A DNA stretch of 64,000 nt, from positions 1 to 64,000 of the forward strand of contig OZ025701.1 of the NCBI GenBank assembly GCA_964019335.1, written 5' to 3'. Positions 1 through 12,300 of the stretch are shown here, one piece after another. A program made the position numbers and the translations under genes. The stretch comes from Diplonema japonicum. Taxonomy: Eukaryota; Protista; Euglenozoa: Diplonemea. How positions within the stretch are numbered: the first letter of the stretch is position 1; every line of letters begins with the position of its first letter. The notes beneath the pieces are model-generated. The model saw only the letters and a program-made list of their open reading frames with translations, made no database searches and had not been told where the DNA came from.

Positions 1-1266
1 TGCTCGCGACTATCCTCCACCTGAACACCTCGGGATCCACGTCGGGCTGGGTATTGAGAGTGTAGCTCACCCCCTCTTCCGCCCCCGTGGGGAAGATAGT
101 CACCCTCCTGCCTCCAGGCCGGACCTCCTGTGCTTGCTCTATCCTCGCCACAAGGTCGTACAGCCTCCCCTCTCCCCCGTCCGACGTGGTGCACTCGTCG
201 CGCAGCAGCTGGGAGTACTCTTCGCTCTCCTCCCCGCTGCACTCCTCCATCACTTGTTTCACCCTCTGGAGCCACTCCTGTGCGTCGAACTGGGTCTCCC
301 CTTCCGCGACCACATCCCCGTGGTGCGTGGCGACGACGATGTACGGCTCCTTCGGGTCACGCAACTCCATCTCCGGAAGAATGGCTTGGCTTCCCTGTGC
401 GTCCTCGGCTTCGACCCCGTCGGCTGTGTGTGTTTGGATTGTGCCTGTCGTGGTCTCTGCCTGCTGGTCCTTCCCCTCGGTGCGCTGGTTAGCTGTTTGA
501 TTGTTTTCTGTGCCATCCACCGCCCCCTGGTTCCGGGCCCCTCCTTCCTCTCCGCTCCTCACAGGGCCAGCTTTTGTGTTTTGGATTGTGCCGCTCCCTG
601 TCTCCTCCTCTCCCATCTCCGCGTCCACCCGCTCCGCCGCTGCTTTTGCTGCCGCTGACGCTGCTGCTACCACCGCCGCGGCCGCCAGGTTCGCGGTCCT
701 CCTCTCTGCCTCCTCCTGGAACTTGTTCTCCGCCGCCTTCGCCGCGGCCAGAGCAGCCATCCCTGTCAGGTAGAACGCCGCCTCAGCTACCTCCTCCTCC
801 ATTCCTGTAGCCGCAGCTTCCCGTTCCATCGCCTCCTGATCCTCCCGCTCCCTCCTCTCCTCCTGGGAGTGCTGCTCCGCTTCCGAGTCCAGTTCCATCT
901 TCTCCACCAGAACCTTCCCCTTCCTAATGGCCGCCCTCGCCACGCCCTTGACCACGGCCGCCGACACTGCGGCCTTCATGTCGTTGAAGACCTCCACCCT
1001 GTGTCGTCGCGTCCTCTTCGCTGCTTCAGATGCCACCTCCTTCAAGAACTCCCTGGCCTGCCCTGCCAGACCCCCAAACGTTTCCACCGCAAAAGGGCGG
1101 AACTGCTTGTGAGCCTCCTTGCACGCTTCCATGTGCTTCTTGTTCTTCGCCTCCTGGGCCTTGTTCGCAGCGTAGCCAGCAGTTTTTGAGGCCTGTTCCA
1201 GGTTGCCCACCGTCCGAGGGTGCACCACCGTCACATCCACCGCCAGCCCGTGGCCGTTTCCTCCGG
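1..1266 (-). mobile_element. 5'-truncated CRE/SLACS-like non-LTR retrotransposon fragment (restriction-like endonuclease half plus long C-terminal extension), running off the window edge
   Basis: Manual minus-strand translation from ~1266 reads PGGNGHGLAVDVTVVHPRT..ASKTAGYAANKAQEAKNKKH..FRPFAVETFGG. This aligns with MDVVIVHPRN..AAKTAGYAAAKAEHYKRQKY..FVPFAMETFGG in the 2130-4937 ORF. No stop occurs before position 1, which explains its absence from the ORF track. It begins right after an A11 run (1268-1278). Confidence 0.85.
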
Positions 1267-1331
1267 GTTTTTTTTTTTCCCTTCCCTAAAGAACGTTTTG
1301 ACCAAAACATTGTTAAGGGAAAACAAGGACT

Positions 1332-1332
1332 A

Positions 1333-1363
<31 letters not shown>

Positions 1364-1457
1364 TAAAATGCATGTATGGGGGAGCGCTTTAACGAAAGCA
1401 TTTTTTTTTTTTAAAAGGGGGACTTGAGAAAATAAATAAAAAGGGGGACTTGAGAAT
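1332..1457 (+). repeat. (AAAATA)n run and an ~18-bp direct repeat aaaagggggacttgagaa x2
   Basis: Seen directly at 1332-1368, ~1413-1430 and ~1439-1456, between the two retroelement copies. Confidence 0.8.
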
Positions 1458-2129
1458 GTTTTTTTTTTTTTTTTTTTCTTCAAAAGACACACAAGGCACG
1501 ATAAATCTTAAGAGAAAATAAAAATATTCCAAAACAGACAATCAAGTTCCAACCTGGGAGGAAGGCATGGGTTTCTCTTTTTCTTTATGGGAGGGAGAGG
1601 GGAAGAAGAAGAAGCAACTCCAAATGATAAAAATTCAAAAAAGGCTTAAAAGAAGAAGAGGCAAATTCAAAAACATACTAGGGAGGAATGAGTGGGGCAG
1701 GGGGTAAAATTTAGGAGGGGGAAAGAGGGAGAATCAAAAAAGGGGAAAGGGGCAGAGTGGCCAATGTCCATGCGAAAAAGCATAGAGCGGGGGAAGAAGA
1801 AAATCAAAAACAGGAAAAACACATCACCACAAAAGAAAAAAGAAAAAAAAAAAAAAAACGTCGACCGAGATGGTTCCACTTCAAAAAGAAAAAGAAAAAG
1901 AAAAACAGAAAAATAAAAAAAAAAAAAAAAAAAAGGAAAAACAAAAAGAAAAAAAAAAAAAGGAAAAAAAAAAAAAAAATCTAAGTGGTTCTATCTAGCC
2001 TGGCCGTTGTAGCACCTGTTCCCTATTCTTTTATTTTTCCCTTTTTTTTTTTTCTCAGAAAAAAAAAAAAAAGTTTCACATCTTCCTATGGCGGGGGGGG
2101 GGAGAACAGCCCCCCACACCCCCGCTGGC

Positions 2130-5100
2130 CTATCTGGCCAGCGAGCCTTTGGACCTCTTCTTGTGGGGTATGGGCCCCACCCGTGCCCTCCCCGACTCGA
2201 GCTGCAGCCAAGCCACCGCACTGTTCACCGGGGCCCAGTTCTCCTTGTTGCGCACCTTGACCGTGTCCCGCACCAGGTCGTCGCTCCCCAGCTCTTCCAT
2301 CAACCTGTGCTCCGCCAAGAACTTGAACTGGGGCCCGGTCATCCCCTTGAGCTCACCCCTGCATATGTTGGCTTCGACCACGGTGCCATCCGCCCCCGTA
2401 CCCTTCAGATAGATGTAGCCACCCTCCACACAATCCGAGTCAGTACTGGCCGATCGGGCCCGGGCCCGCTTCTTGTCCTTCTTGCTCCACTTCAGCTCTT
2501 CCAGGGTGGGGAGGTCCGTGGCAACCACCTCAGGCCGCCTCTCCCTGTCTTCCTCCTTCTTCCGGGCCAACAGCCCAAGGTACCTCTCAAAGGAGACGTC
2601 CTCGAACAACCCCGGGACCGTCACCACCGCTGACTGCAGGTCGACCTCTTCAACACCCATCTTCCGCAGATGGTCCTGGACAGTGCGCCTCGTCTCCTTC
2701 TCGCAGGGCCCCCTCCCCTCGTAGACGTCGAGGGTGACCTTCCTTCCATCCCTCACCCACGCCTTCACTTTGATCAGGTCCTTGACCTTTCCCACTGGGG
2801 CCCTTATCCTTGCGTCGCACCTCTCCAAGAACTCACGTAGTGTCACCTTGGTAGCGCCGGCTCCCGCCGCAATGCCCACTACCCCTTCCTTCCCCGGTGT
2901 CGGGTGGTGTCTGCACCCCCGGGTCTGCAACTTGACCACCCTCCATGCCGTTTCCAGAGTCCCCTTGAGCACGCCACCCTTGAAACGAACAGGTTGCACC
3001 GCCGAACACCCACACGCGTACGTGATCTGGAAATCCTGGACCGTCCTCGGGAACTCGAACTCGCGGTATGTTTCCGACTTCTGCACCTCACAACCCACAA
3101 TGCGGCTGCGGCGCTCTCCGTCCGACCCACCTTCCAAGCTTGCGAAGTACTGCTTTACCATCATGTATCCAAGTCCAGCGATACCAATCTGGCCAGCCAT
3201 AGCCACCTCCAGTGGAACACCCAGCGACTCGGCCTTCGCAAGAAGCATCTCCTCAGTCCTCTCCCTTCCAGGGTCCGTTCCTTCTTCAAGGATGATCTCC
3301 ACCCGGCCCTCGAACTGGATGATGAACTTGAGCAGTCGGTCCCCCGGCCTCGCCCTCAGTGGCACCATCGCTCTCGGAATTGGGATGCCCATCACCACAT
3401 CAATCGGGTCAAGCTGAACGAAGTCTCCCCCTACTTCCACCTGCTGTTCCCTTTCCGGTGCCCCGACTCCCATCAGCTGATCTCCCTCCGGCGTCTGGAT
3501 CCCACCCCTAGGTGTGTCAGGCCCCGACTGGCTGCCTCCGCTCGGTGCGTTCCCGCCCTCTTTGGTCCCTTCGGGGGCGTCATCCGCCTGCGGCTTCAGA
3601 GTCCTCCCACCGCCCTGTCTCTTCGCAGCTTGTTCCCTACAGAATTCGCTCACGGTCATCTTCCTCGTAGCAGTTGTCGCACTCTGGTCCCCCTTGTTCG
3701 AGTCCCTCTGGGACTCCGTATCCCCCTTAGGACACTGGTCCAAGGTCTGGTTCACCGCAGCGTCAGTCGCCCCTTGTCTCTTCCCATCTTCCTGGGCCTT
3801 CGGGTCAAGCTCCCCTCCCTGCCCAGCCCTCTCGCTGGATCCTGTTCCGGCCATCTCCGTGTCTTCTCCTCCCGGCGAGGCTGCTTCGAGTCCTGCTCCC
3901 GCTTTCCCTTGTGTTCCACCCTCCACCGGTTCCGCCTTTCGCTGCTGCTGCATTCGGGCGTCCAGGTCCTTCTTCGTCTGCTCCAGAAGGGCATCCAGCT
4001 GGTGGGCCACCGTGATTGGGGGTCCGCCTCCCTGTCCCTTCACTTCCCTCTCGGACGACTCCTCAGCTTCGGTGGTTTTTTCATTGCCGAAGGAGTCCTC
4101 TGTGAGGTCAGTGTTGGATTCAGTGTTGGGTTCGTTGTTCGCTTCCTCGTTGTCCTTTTTTTCCTCTTCGCCGTCCGGTACCGGGGGCCCTGGATCCAAC
4201 TGTACAGGCCCTTTGACTAACAGCGCCCCTGCTATCGATCTCATCATGGCCGTTGACACCTCTTGGACCACACGCCTGTGTATCGAGACTCTGTCCCCGT
4301 GAGCCCGCGCAGCTATGCTCCTGGACAGTTTCTTCGTGAGGTAGACTGCTGCCTCCCCGAACCCCCCAAAGGTCTCCATCGCGAAAGGTACAAAGGCCAC
4401 GCGTGTCTTGGCGAGCTCCGCCTCATACTTCTGGCGCTTGTAGTGTTCCGCCTTCGCCGCTGCGTACCCCGCAGTCTTCGCCGCCTGGTTGACACAAGAC
4501 TCGTTCCTCGGGTGCACGATGACCACGTCCATAGCCATTGGGCGGGAACCCCCCACCCCACCTGGGAAGAACACGTCCGCCGGGCGCTGGGACGACCCCG
4601 GGATCAGCCCCGTCTTCTCCATCGTTGCGCTCACCCCGGCCCACTGACAGTGTCTGTGGATGGTCTCCTTCACCCGGTCGTGCCTCGCAATCCTGGCGTT
4701 GCCGCATCCCTGGGCATGGTCACCCCATACGTCCATCCCCTCAGTCTTGCACCTCGGGTCGTGGCAGCTCTCACCCTGCTTGTAGACCGGAGCCCCCAAC
4801 CACCACTTGATCAGAGCCCCAAACTCGTTGTCCGACAGCTGGTTGTAGAAGTCAGGCGTCGCCGTCAACCACGCCCCCGCATAGTGCATTGACTCCGACA
4901 TCAACCTCGCTCTCGAGCGTGCATCTGCTTTCGCCAAGAGGTCCTCCAGCGCCTTTCATCAAGCACCCTAGAGAGCCACCTCTGGCTGCAGATGTGGGGG
5001 GCCTTGGCCACCATGTCGGGTGTAATCTGCATGCCGCCCTTCGTCCTGTTGAACCACTCGAGCCAGCTCCCCCATACACCCCCTTCCAGCCCATGTTCGT

Positions 5101-5380
5101 ATTTGGGATCCAGCTCCTTGCACAGCTTCATCGTCGACGCCCTCGAAGCCATGTTGGCCGCGCGCAGGTGCTCCTGGCAGCTCCTCATCCCAAGCCCACC
5201 GACTTTTACGGACAGTTTCGCCTGCTGCCATTCTTTCGACCCGTTCTCGAACTGCATGCCGCACACCTTCGACATCGTCTTCCGCACCATCTCGTCGAAC
5301 CTGTGCATGACCCCTCCCACATGCGAGTCTGGGACCACTCTCATGTAAAACACCAGTTTGCTGTATGAGCTGCATGGGCA
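2130..5380 (-). mobile_element. CRE/SLACS-clade non-LTR retrotransposon, defective: RT thumb + CCHC knuckle + restriction-like endonuclease + ~690 aa extension
   Basis: ORF 4901-5533 carries KLVFYMRVVP..WQQAKLSVKVGGLG (post-RT region). ORF 2130-4937 carries AGAWLTATP, CHDPRC..DHAQGC, RHD, RPADV, DVVIVHP, AEHYKRQKY and FVPFAMETFG. The two ORFs join by a 1-nt frameshift near 4955. The RT catalytic core (YxDD) is absent. Confidence 0.88.
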
Positions 5381-5452
5381 AAATAGCCCCGGACGACGGA
5401 CGCAACGGCAAACCCAGGCAGAGGCGGCAGGCACCAGCAAAACACGAACGAC

Positions 5453-5490
5453 CAATAAAGTACAGACTGTAAGCGAGCATTGGAATTGTT
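5453..5490 (-). ncRNA. Spliced-leader (mini-exon)-like sequence
   Basis: The minus strand reads AACAATTCCAATGCTCGCTTACAGTCTGTACTTTATTG|GT (38 nt). Its 3' half matches the conserved euglenozoan SL end (..CAGTTTCTGTACTTTATTG) with a 2-nt gap. The 5' half is less certain. Confidence 0.65.
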
Positions 5491-6341
5491 CATACCATGG
5501 ATTCACAGCGTATAAATTTACGCAAATCCTCAAAAAGGATTCGATTGGGTCGAGAAGTGTGATGCATCTGGCTGCAATGCTGTGGATTCTGCAGTTCTCT
5601 CACGTGTTTGTCTGTTGACGATGGCTCGTGTATTCTAGTGAGTAGGTTACGACAGGAAGTGTGTAGGTCAGGTACATCGCTCTGGGGGTGGGTGTCCCCA
5701 TTCCGCTAAAGTAGTGGGCTCTCGTTGAATTATGCAAGATTTGCGCCAGTTTCCATTGCTATTCAACATGGACCGTGTTCTAATCAAGAGAAGTACCCCC
5801 TTGCCGTGCGTGAGCCTGCCCTAAGAACTTTGAACTGCCGTGTGGTGGCTGTGTTCGCAACTACTTGCAGATGGTACCGTGAAGCGCCACTAAATCCAAT
5901 CTTACAGCTAACCCTCAGTGAGGGGCTTCGTAAGCCTGGCAGGCGTCATTCCCATTTAGATGCATTTTTTACCTGTGTTAACTAAAATAATAGAAAGCTT
6001 TCGAACCTGAAATTAACTTGAAATAAAATACACGGAACGGACCAACGCTGAACGAAAGCACTGAAGTGACGTGAAGTGGTTTGAGAACCGCTTGTCTACA
6101 ATTTACTTCTTTGACAAAATATCAATATATCATTAAAACTCATTCTATATACCCCAAGTCAGGAAGAAAACACGGGGAAAACACCGCAAACTCGAACAAT
6201 AATAAAAAACTAAACAGACCCGTGGCTGCTTCTGAAACGCTGCAGATGAGGATGAAAAACTGGAAAGGGTAGAGAAGAACAAAATGTTATCACCCGTTAC
6301 CACGTTATAAAAGGTAAAAAAAGTAAATGTGCAGAAATATG

Positions 6342-9300
6342 CTACATTTCTTCGGCCATATTGTCGGGGCTGGTGAAGAAAGAGGTGGCCGGGGCTAGAC
6401 TGTGGGGCGAGGATTGGGTAGGGGAAGGCTGAGCAGCAACTTCACCATAAGCAACAGGCCACCACTCTTGCATCTCGCTCTCTGTGAGGAAGCGCTTCGT
6501 TTGCCGCTGGTGAACTGATTCGTTACGCTCGGTCATGTCACGGAACCACTGCCAACGCTCTCTCCTGTTAGGATACTTCTCTTTGTCTGTCTTGGCTGTT
6601 CTATCCGCCTCTAGAACCTCATTTTCCCACCTTGATCTCAAAAAGGCTGGCTTCTTTTCCCTCCACTGCGTCTGTGCAAATGTGGTGATCTCTTCACAAG
6701 TCACGTTTCCATCACCATCTTCGTCAATCATCTGTACTAGCTCTGCTTTCCCTTCTACAAAGATGTTCTTTACAAACACTAACAGCACAACGATATTCAA
6801 CAGAAGCAGCGTCACGCTAAGTCCCACATCCACACGGCTAGAAGGATCCTCAAAGTAGATGAGGCCTATGTTCAGCGACACGGTGATGCTCAGGAGGCTG
6901 ATTGTCTCCAAACGCCATAAGACATTATATTTAAAAGGCTTCGCGAAAATGTTCAGCAAAGCGAAAAACAACATTGTCCACATGGCGAAGTACAGCTGGT
7001 AGTTCTCGGAGTTATCGAGGAACACAACAATGAAGACAATAAGCATCTTGCGTACCATGATCACCATTTCCCAATAGTAGCACTTCCTTCGAAAGCCACT
7101 GTAAAGGAAACCCAATGTTCCGAGCACATTCTTTGTGTGAAGGACGTGGCGGTGTCTTCTTAGCAGCAGCCATCCCACCAGAGGGATCCCAAAGCCATAC
7201 ACAAAGAAGAACAGAAGTGACAGCACCATAAAAGCCGGATATGGGGATTCATCACAGTCAATTCTTGTGTCTGCCTTGAGATAACTATGGCACGTGCCGT
7301 GATCTACGCACACAGATTCGCTACAGTTCAGCATCAAGGCGATCTCTTTTGTGAGACTGGGATAAATCAAGAACAAGATGACAATGACAGCCACTTTCCA
7401 CACCGTCCATAGGTTAATCTTCACTTCGACACCGTGCTCAGCGAGAGGTGAAGTCTTTGGTTGCAATCTCATTCTCGTGTTGAATTTCTTTGAATCATGC
7501 TTGTGGACCAGTCTGTCACATTCCTCGCAGAAGTACTGATCCATGTGCGGGTCGAAAACCACAGCGAAGTCATGATAACATAGTTCGCATGTTTCCATCA
7601 CCACGAGCTCTCTGTCTTGCTTTTGAAGCATAGCAATGAACTCAGGCGACAATTGTTTCCTTCCGACAGTGTCATCAGAGTTTTCGGTAGTGAGATCTTC
7701 CCTATCGTCAACACTTTCCTCCTTGATGCCTTCTACGCTACCGTTCTCGAACTTCTCTTTTATCTCAGCTGGCGTGAGCGTCTGTCTCCAAGCATTCCAC
7801 TTGTCGTGCAGCCTTCTGACGCGTGCCATCTTGTAAAGCACTTCATAAGGTATCTGCGAGGCAAGACTGTGCACACTGTGCACAATATGCGTGCCAGCCT
7901 CATTTGTTGGAACAGGCATCAGTGCGTCTTTCTTGAATGCACCCTGTCGCGGTGATAGGTCTTCGTTCTGTGTGATATATTTCAATTATTAGGGATCATA
8001 TTATTTAGCGAGTTATAACATACCTCAAGAAGCCACTGGGGCGCCTGCTCGATTGTGCTCTCTTCGGTGTCGTGCTCTCTGTTGGTGCTTAACAGTGGTT
8101 TGAAAACATACTTCACGCCCCTTGCTCTGATCACCACGTCATCTGCCTGGTCCGCCTTGCCAGGTGACTGCGGTGGTGTCAATGGATCTACATGCGTGAA
8201 CCTCTCGAGCTTCTGCCCTGTCACAACATCCGTCCTTGTAACCTTCCACAAGCTATTACCTGTGCCTGACACCTTCTCACATGTCATGGTGTCTTTTTCA
8301 TTCTCTGTGTATGACTGGTGAGTGAGCCCCTTCCCAAACACAAGCAGCTCTGCTTTTTCCCGTCTTTTTGCAACTAGCTTCCCAGATTTCCCAGGTATCG
8401 ACTCCTGCAGCTCCGGCGTGTGTCCTTCGACGGGCCAGGGAGGGTTGCGGGCAACAGCATATTTCACCATCTTCTCATTTGCCATGCGCGACTTTTTCGT
8501 GCCCTTTCCACGATCGAGTTCAGTGTTAGGAAACAACTTCGCAAACAACTTCCACTCCCTGTCACTCAGATTCTTGAAGTCATACTCGGTCGATATCTGC
8601 GAAGGTTCAAAAGTACTAATGGCATACCCCATGCGAGCAAAGTCGTGTAACTTCTTTCTGTAGCTTCATTCTGGCCAAACACGCGTCGAGCAACTCTCCA
8701 TGGAATACATTGCGTAAGTGCTTCTCGGTAGGTCGGTGCTCTTCAATGTCGCACTGTGGTGAATAAATAGATAAGGTACAAACATACCCTGTATCGCTCC
8801 TTGTTGATAGAGCCTACACCATTGTTGGGAAACAAACTTTCCAAGATACAGCACGAAAGACACAACTGACACCCATACTCTGCTTTAGCAAATTCTACAG
8901 CTCCAGTCTCTGTGCCGTGCACTTTGTCCATCACAAGTACCTTGGACTTTCTGCCAGTTTCCAGCTTTATGTAACTTGACTCAGTGAACGTGATGTTCAG
9001 CTCCTGCTCGTTGATCTGCAGCAGTGACCCTGACGAGTTATCTTGAGGCAGTTGTCGCCGCTCCTGGTCATGCTCTGCCAGCTGCGTGGCACACCTGTCG
9101 ATAGCTGCACGGAGCTCTTCCCTATCCTTCTCTATAATCACCCAGTCGTACAACCAATGATATGGAGACGCGCACTCCATGACGCAAGGCACGTAAGGCG
9201 CCTTAACTGTTTCTTGCTTGCCCTGTAGCTTGTCTTTTAGTTGCTTCAAGAGTAACACCAACGCAGGTATCACCACCACAATCACTGGTATCACCATCCA

Positions 9301-12300
9301 CACCACAAATAAATCGTAGTAATCAAGCGACGGTGCTGCACAGCCAATAGAAATAAGGCTGCTACCAGGCCCTGCGCCCTTCGACTCCGCCTCTGTCAAG
9401 GATTCCAACGTTTTGCTGTTCTTTGCCACTATTTCAGACGTTAGCCCGGTTACTTGCAAGTGGTTCATCAACATCTTCACCATTACCGAAACACGCGATA
9501 CCTCCGCGATAGTAGGCCCTGTGTTCAAGTTGATGGCCACAAGAATGATGATTAGGGTAATAAGCGCTACTGACACAAGTGCGATGAGGAAGTAGTTCTG
9601 TGTCTGGTTCGGACATTTCACGCACGTGTCCTGATCCTTTCCGTAGCCCGAGGCACACTCTCCACAGAATGTGCCCATTGTGCCTTCTTTGCATTGTGCG
9701 TTTGATCTGTTTACGTCATGCTCTGGAGTCAAACCCACAAGATCTCCCAGAGCACCGCCCTTGCAATTATCTTCTTTGCACTCCCATGACACGTACGACA
9801 CTGGTTCCCTCCAATACCCGCTTGCGGCCTTTAGCTCTGGGGCCTTTCGGGAACACTTCATTCCAGCAGATGGACACTCACCGCACTTAGTTAAACAGCT
9901 GAAGGGGCTGTCGGCCTGGGCATACGCAGGCGGCACACCAGGCACAGGCTTCCCAACAGCGCGATTCCAGCACCCGAACTCGAACGTGTACCCGTATTTT
10001 GTACAAGGATCATTCCCTGGGCAACACGGCAATGGACTGACCGTCCAAACTAGCGAGCCTGAAAGTCTGATCTTGCTAGCCACTTGCTTTTCTGCAGAGC
10101 TCACATTGAGGTCTGGCAGCTTTGCCTCAAAGGATATCTTGCAAGTCATGGCGTTCCACACCCTGAACTGAACGAAAGTAAAAGTGACTTCCTTATTCAG
10201 GGTTACTTCATTAGACGTCGAAAAGTTGCATGCGAACCCCGACAACTTGTCTAAATCCGCCGCGCTATCTGTGTAACCATGCCTCGAAAGCGCAAGGCTG
10301 TTGCTGAGTTCAGGAACTTGTCTTGTCCACGCGACTGTGACAGGCACTACATTACCTGCGTCATCTACTATGTCGGTGCTTGTGAGCTTGTTGCCTGCAA
10401 GATCCTCGACAACTATGCTCTGGGTCAACTGTTGTGGCTCTAAATTGTTCACGTCCACCGTTTCCTTGGTGCCTGGTGCCCAGGCTAAGCGGTGGGGCTT
10501 CCCAACCTCTACTTTGAACTTAGCGATGTATCCATTCTTACTGCACTCGGTGGCACGTGAAACGAGAGTGTCAACACAACTAACCAATCTCTGCTCCTCA
10601 GGGTACCAGCTTTCGGGTGTGAAATCCCTGGCCAAAATACCATAAGTACCTTCAACAGGACGGTGTAGAGTAAAACTAAACAGCGACGTGCCATTCAACA
10701 TCTCGTGCTGCTGCGAGTGCTCCGGTATTTCCGATCTAATGCCTGTGTTGTAGGTAATCTTGGTAGCATCGAGCAGCACCCGTGGCCCCGATGCGGGGAT
10801 GAAATACGTGTCGAGCACAATGCGCCGCTTTACGGTGTCGTCATCGCCCATGTCGTTGCCTGCTTCGTCTTTCGAAGTTACATTGAAGTCGCTTAGAAGC
10901 ACGGTCTCGCTGTATCCTTCTCCGTCGGACTTAACTATCGCATAGAAGTCACTCTCCAGGTGCATCTCGCTTGCCCCTATCTGCACAGCTTCACCTTTAA
11001 TTGAATACTTCTTTGATTGCCTGCCAGCAAAGGAAGAACCCCCACCTGTAGTATCCACTGCAAGCGATGATTGTACAGGACTATTCAGTGCTCCTGTTGT
11101 GCTGGAACTCTGCAAGATCTTGGCCCCGCGACCAAAAGGCACTGCGGATGTGGGGTCACACGGCAAACCATTCAGTTTGCTACCAGTCTCACAGCAGCTC
11201 TCTCTGTCAGCAGTGGTGTAGCCATTCACATTTGTCGTAATTGGCGCGTAGTAATTTAAGCAATAGTACTCACATCGAGGCCATTTCATTGTCATAGCAC
11301 ACGCGTTGGCTAGTTCGGCAGCAAGTTCACACTGCACAGTGACGTCTTTCAGGGGAAAGGTAATCAGAACTCGTAACTTTTCTGCTCCACTATTCCCACT
11401 TGCAACTGATTGCGCGAAGTCAAACAAATCACCATAGACAATAAGCGGCTGCGTGGCCACCGTGTTGGAGACCAGGGACAACGACTGCGGTTGGAAATCA
11501 CATATAAGATCGAAACAGTTGTTTATGCACTTGATCGTGTCCAACTGTGTTTGCAATTTCGGAAGTTCGAAACCGTACTGATCGAGGATTTTGCCGTAAA
11601 ACTCGAAAGTCAGATTTGTCACGGTACTCACATCGTTCGACACAACACGCATATTTCTGTATGAGGCGATCCCTTGGCTGGAGAATACAGGGTTGTTCAA
11701 TTGTCTTTCTGTTTCAGCCGCAGCAGAAGTGTTGCTGCGAGGCTCTGTTTTCCAGGGACAACTTGTGATCTTACAGTTCGGCTCAGGCGATGCAGTTGCT
11801 CTCACGTAGATGTTGTGCTTCGCTGGCAGTGTAGTAACGGTGTTGTCTGCAATGTCCAACAAGCGGAACCTCGGTTGTGTGGTTAGCTCCCTGTTGATGG
11901 TCATGGTCGCTACTGGTTTCCCTTCTAGCCCATTCAGGTCCCACTCGGCACTGTCAAACACTACTCTATGTGGCAAACCCTCCTTGACAACAAATGTCTT
12001 CACAATAGGTGGCAGGCCTTGCAAAGCGATTTCTAACGCGTACTCGCCCTTCGCAGGGTACAGCATAGCTATCTCTTCGAACACGAGGTACGATTGCGTC
12101 ATGAGGTTGGTCCCTTTAACCTGAAGGTTCACTGCGTAAGTGGACTTGGCAATGCCTCCTTTTACAGAAGCGACATGAGCAATTGCACCAGGAAGCATCT
12201 GTGTGTTCGTGGGTGTGATCTTCACCTTAACAGCTCTTGTGATGCCTGAGTCTAGTGATACTTCCTTGTCCTGCTCATACAAAGACACAACATCCATTGA

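Noticed and set aside
1667-2070. Poly-Lys / poly-Phe ORFs (also near 37295-37976, 53403-53647 and 54932-55267)
   Set aside because: They arise from homopolymer-rich intergenic or UTR DNA.
5500-6340. Possible tRNA/5S or other Pol III gene next to the SL-like motif
   Set aside because: I could not find a cloverleaf, convincing A/B boxes or 5S sequence by eye; tRNAscan-SE and Infernal would settle it.
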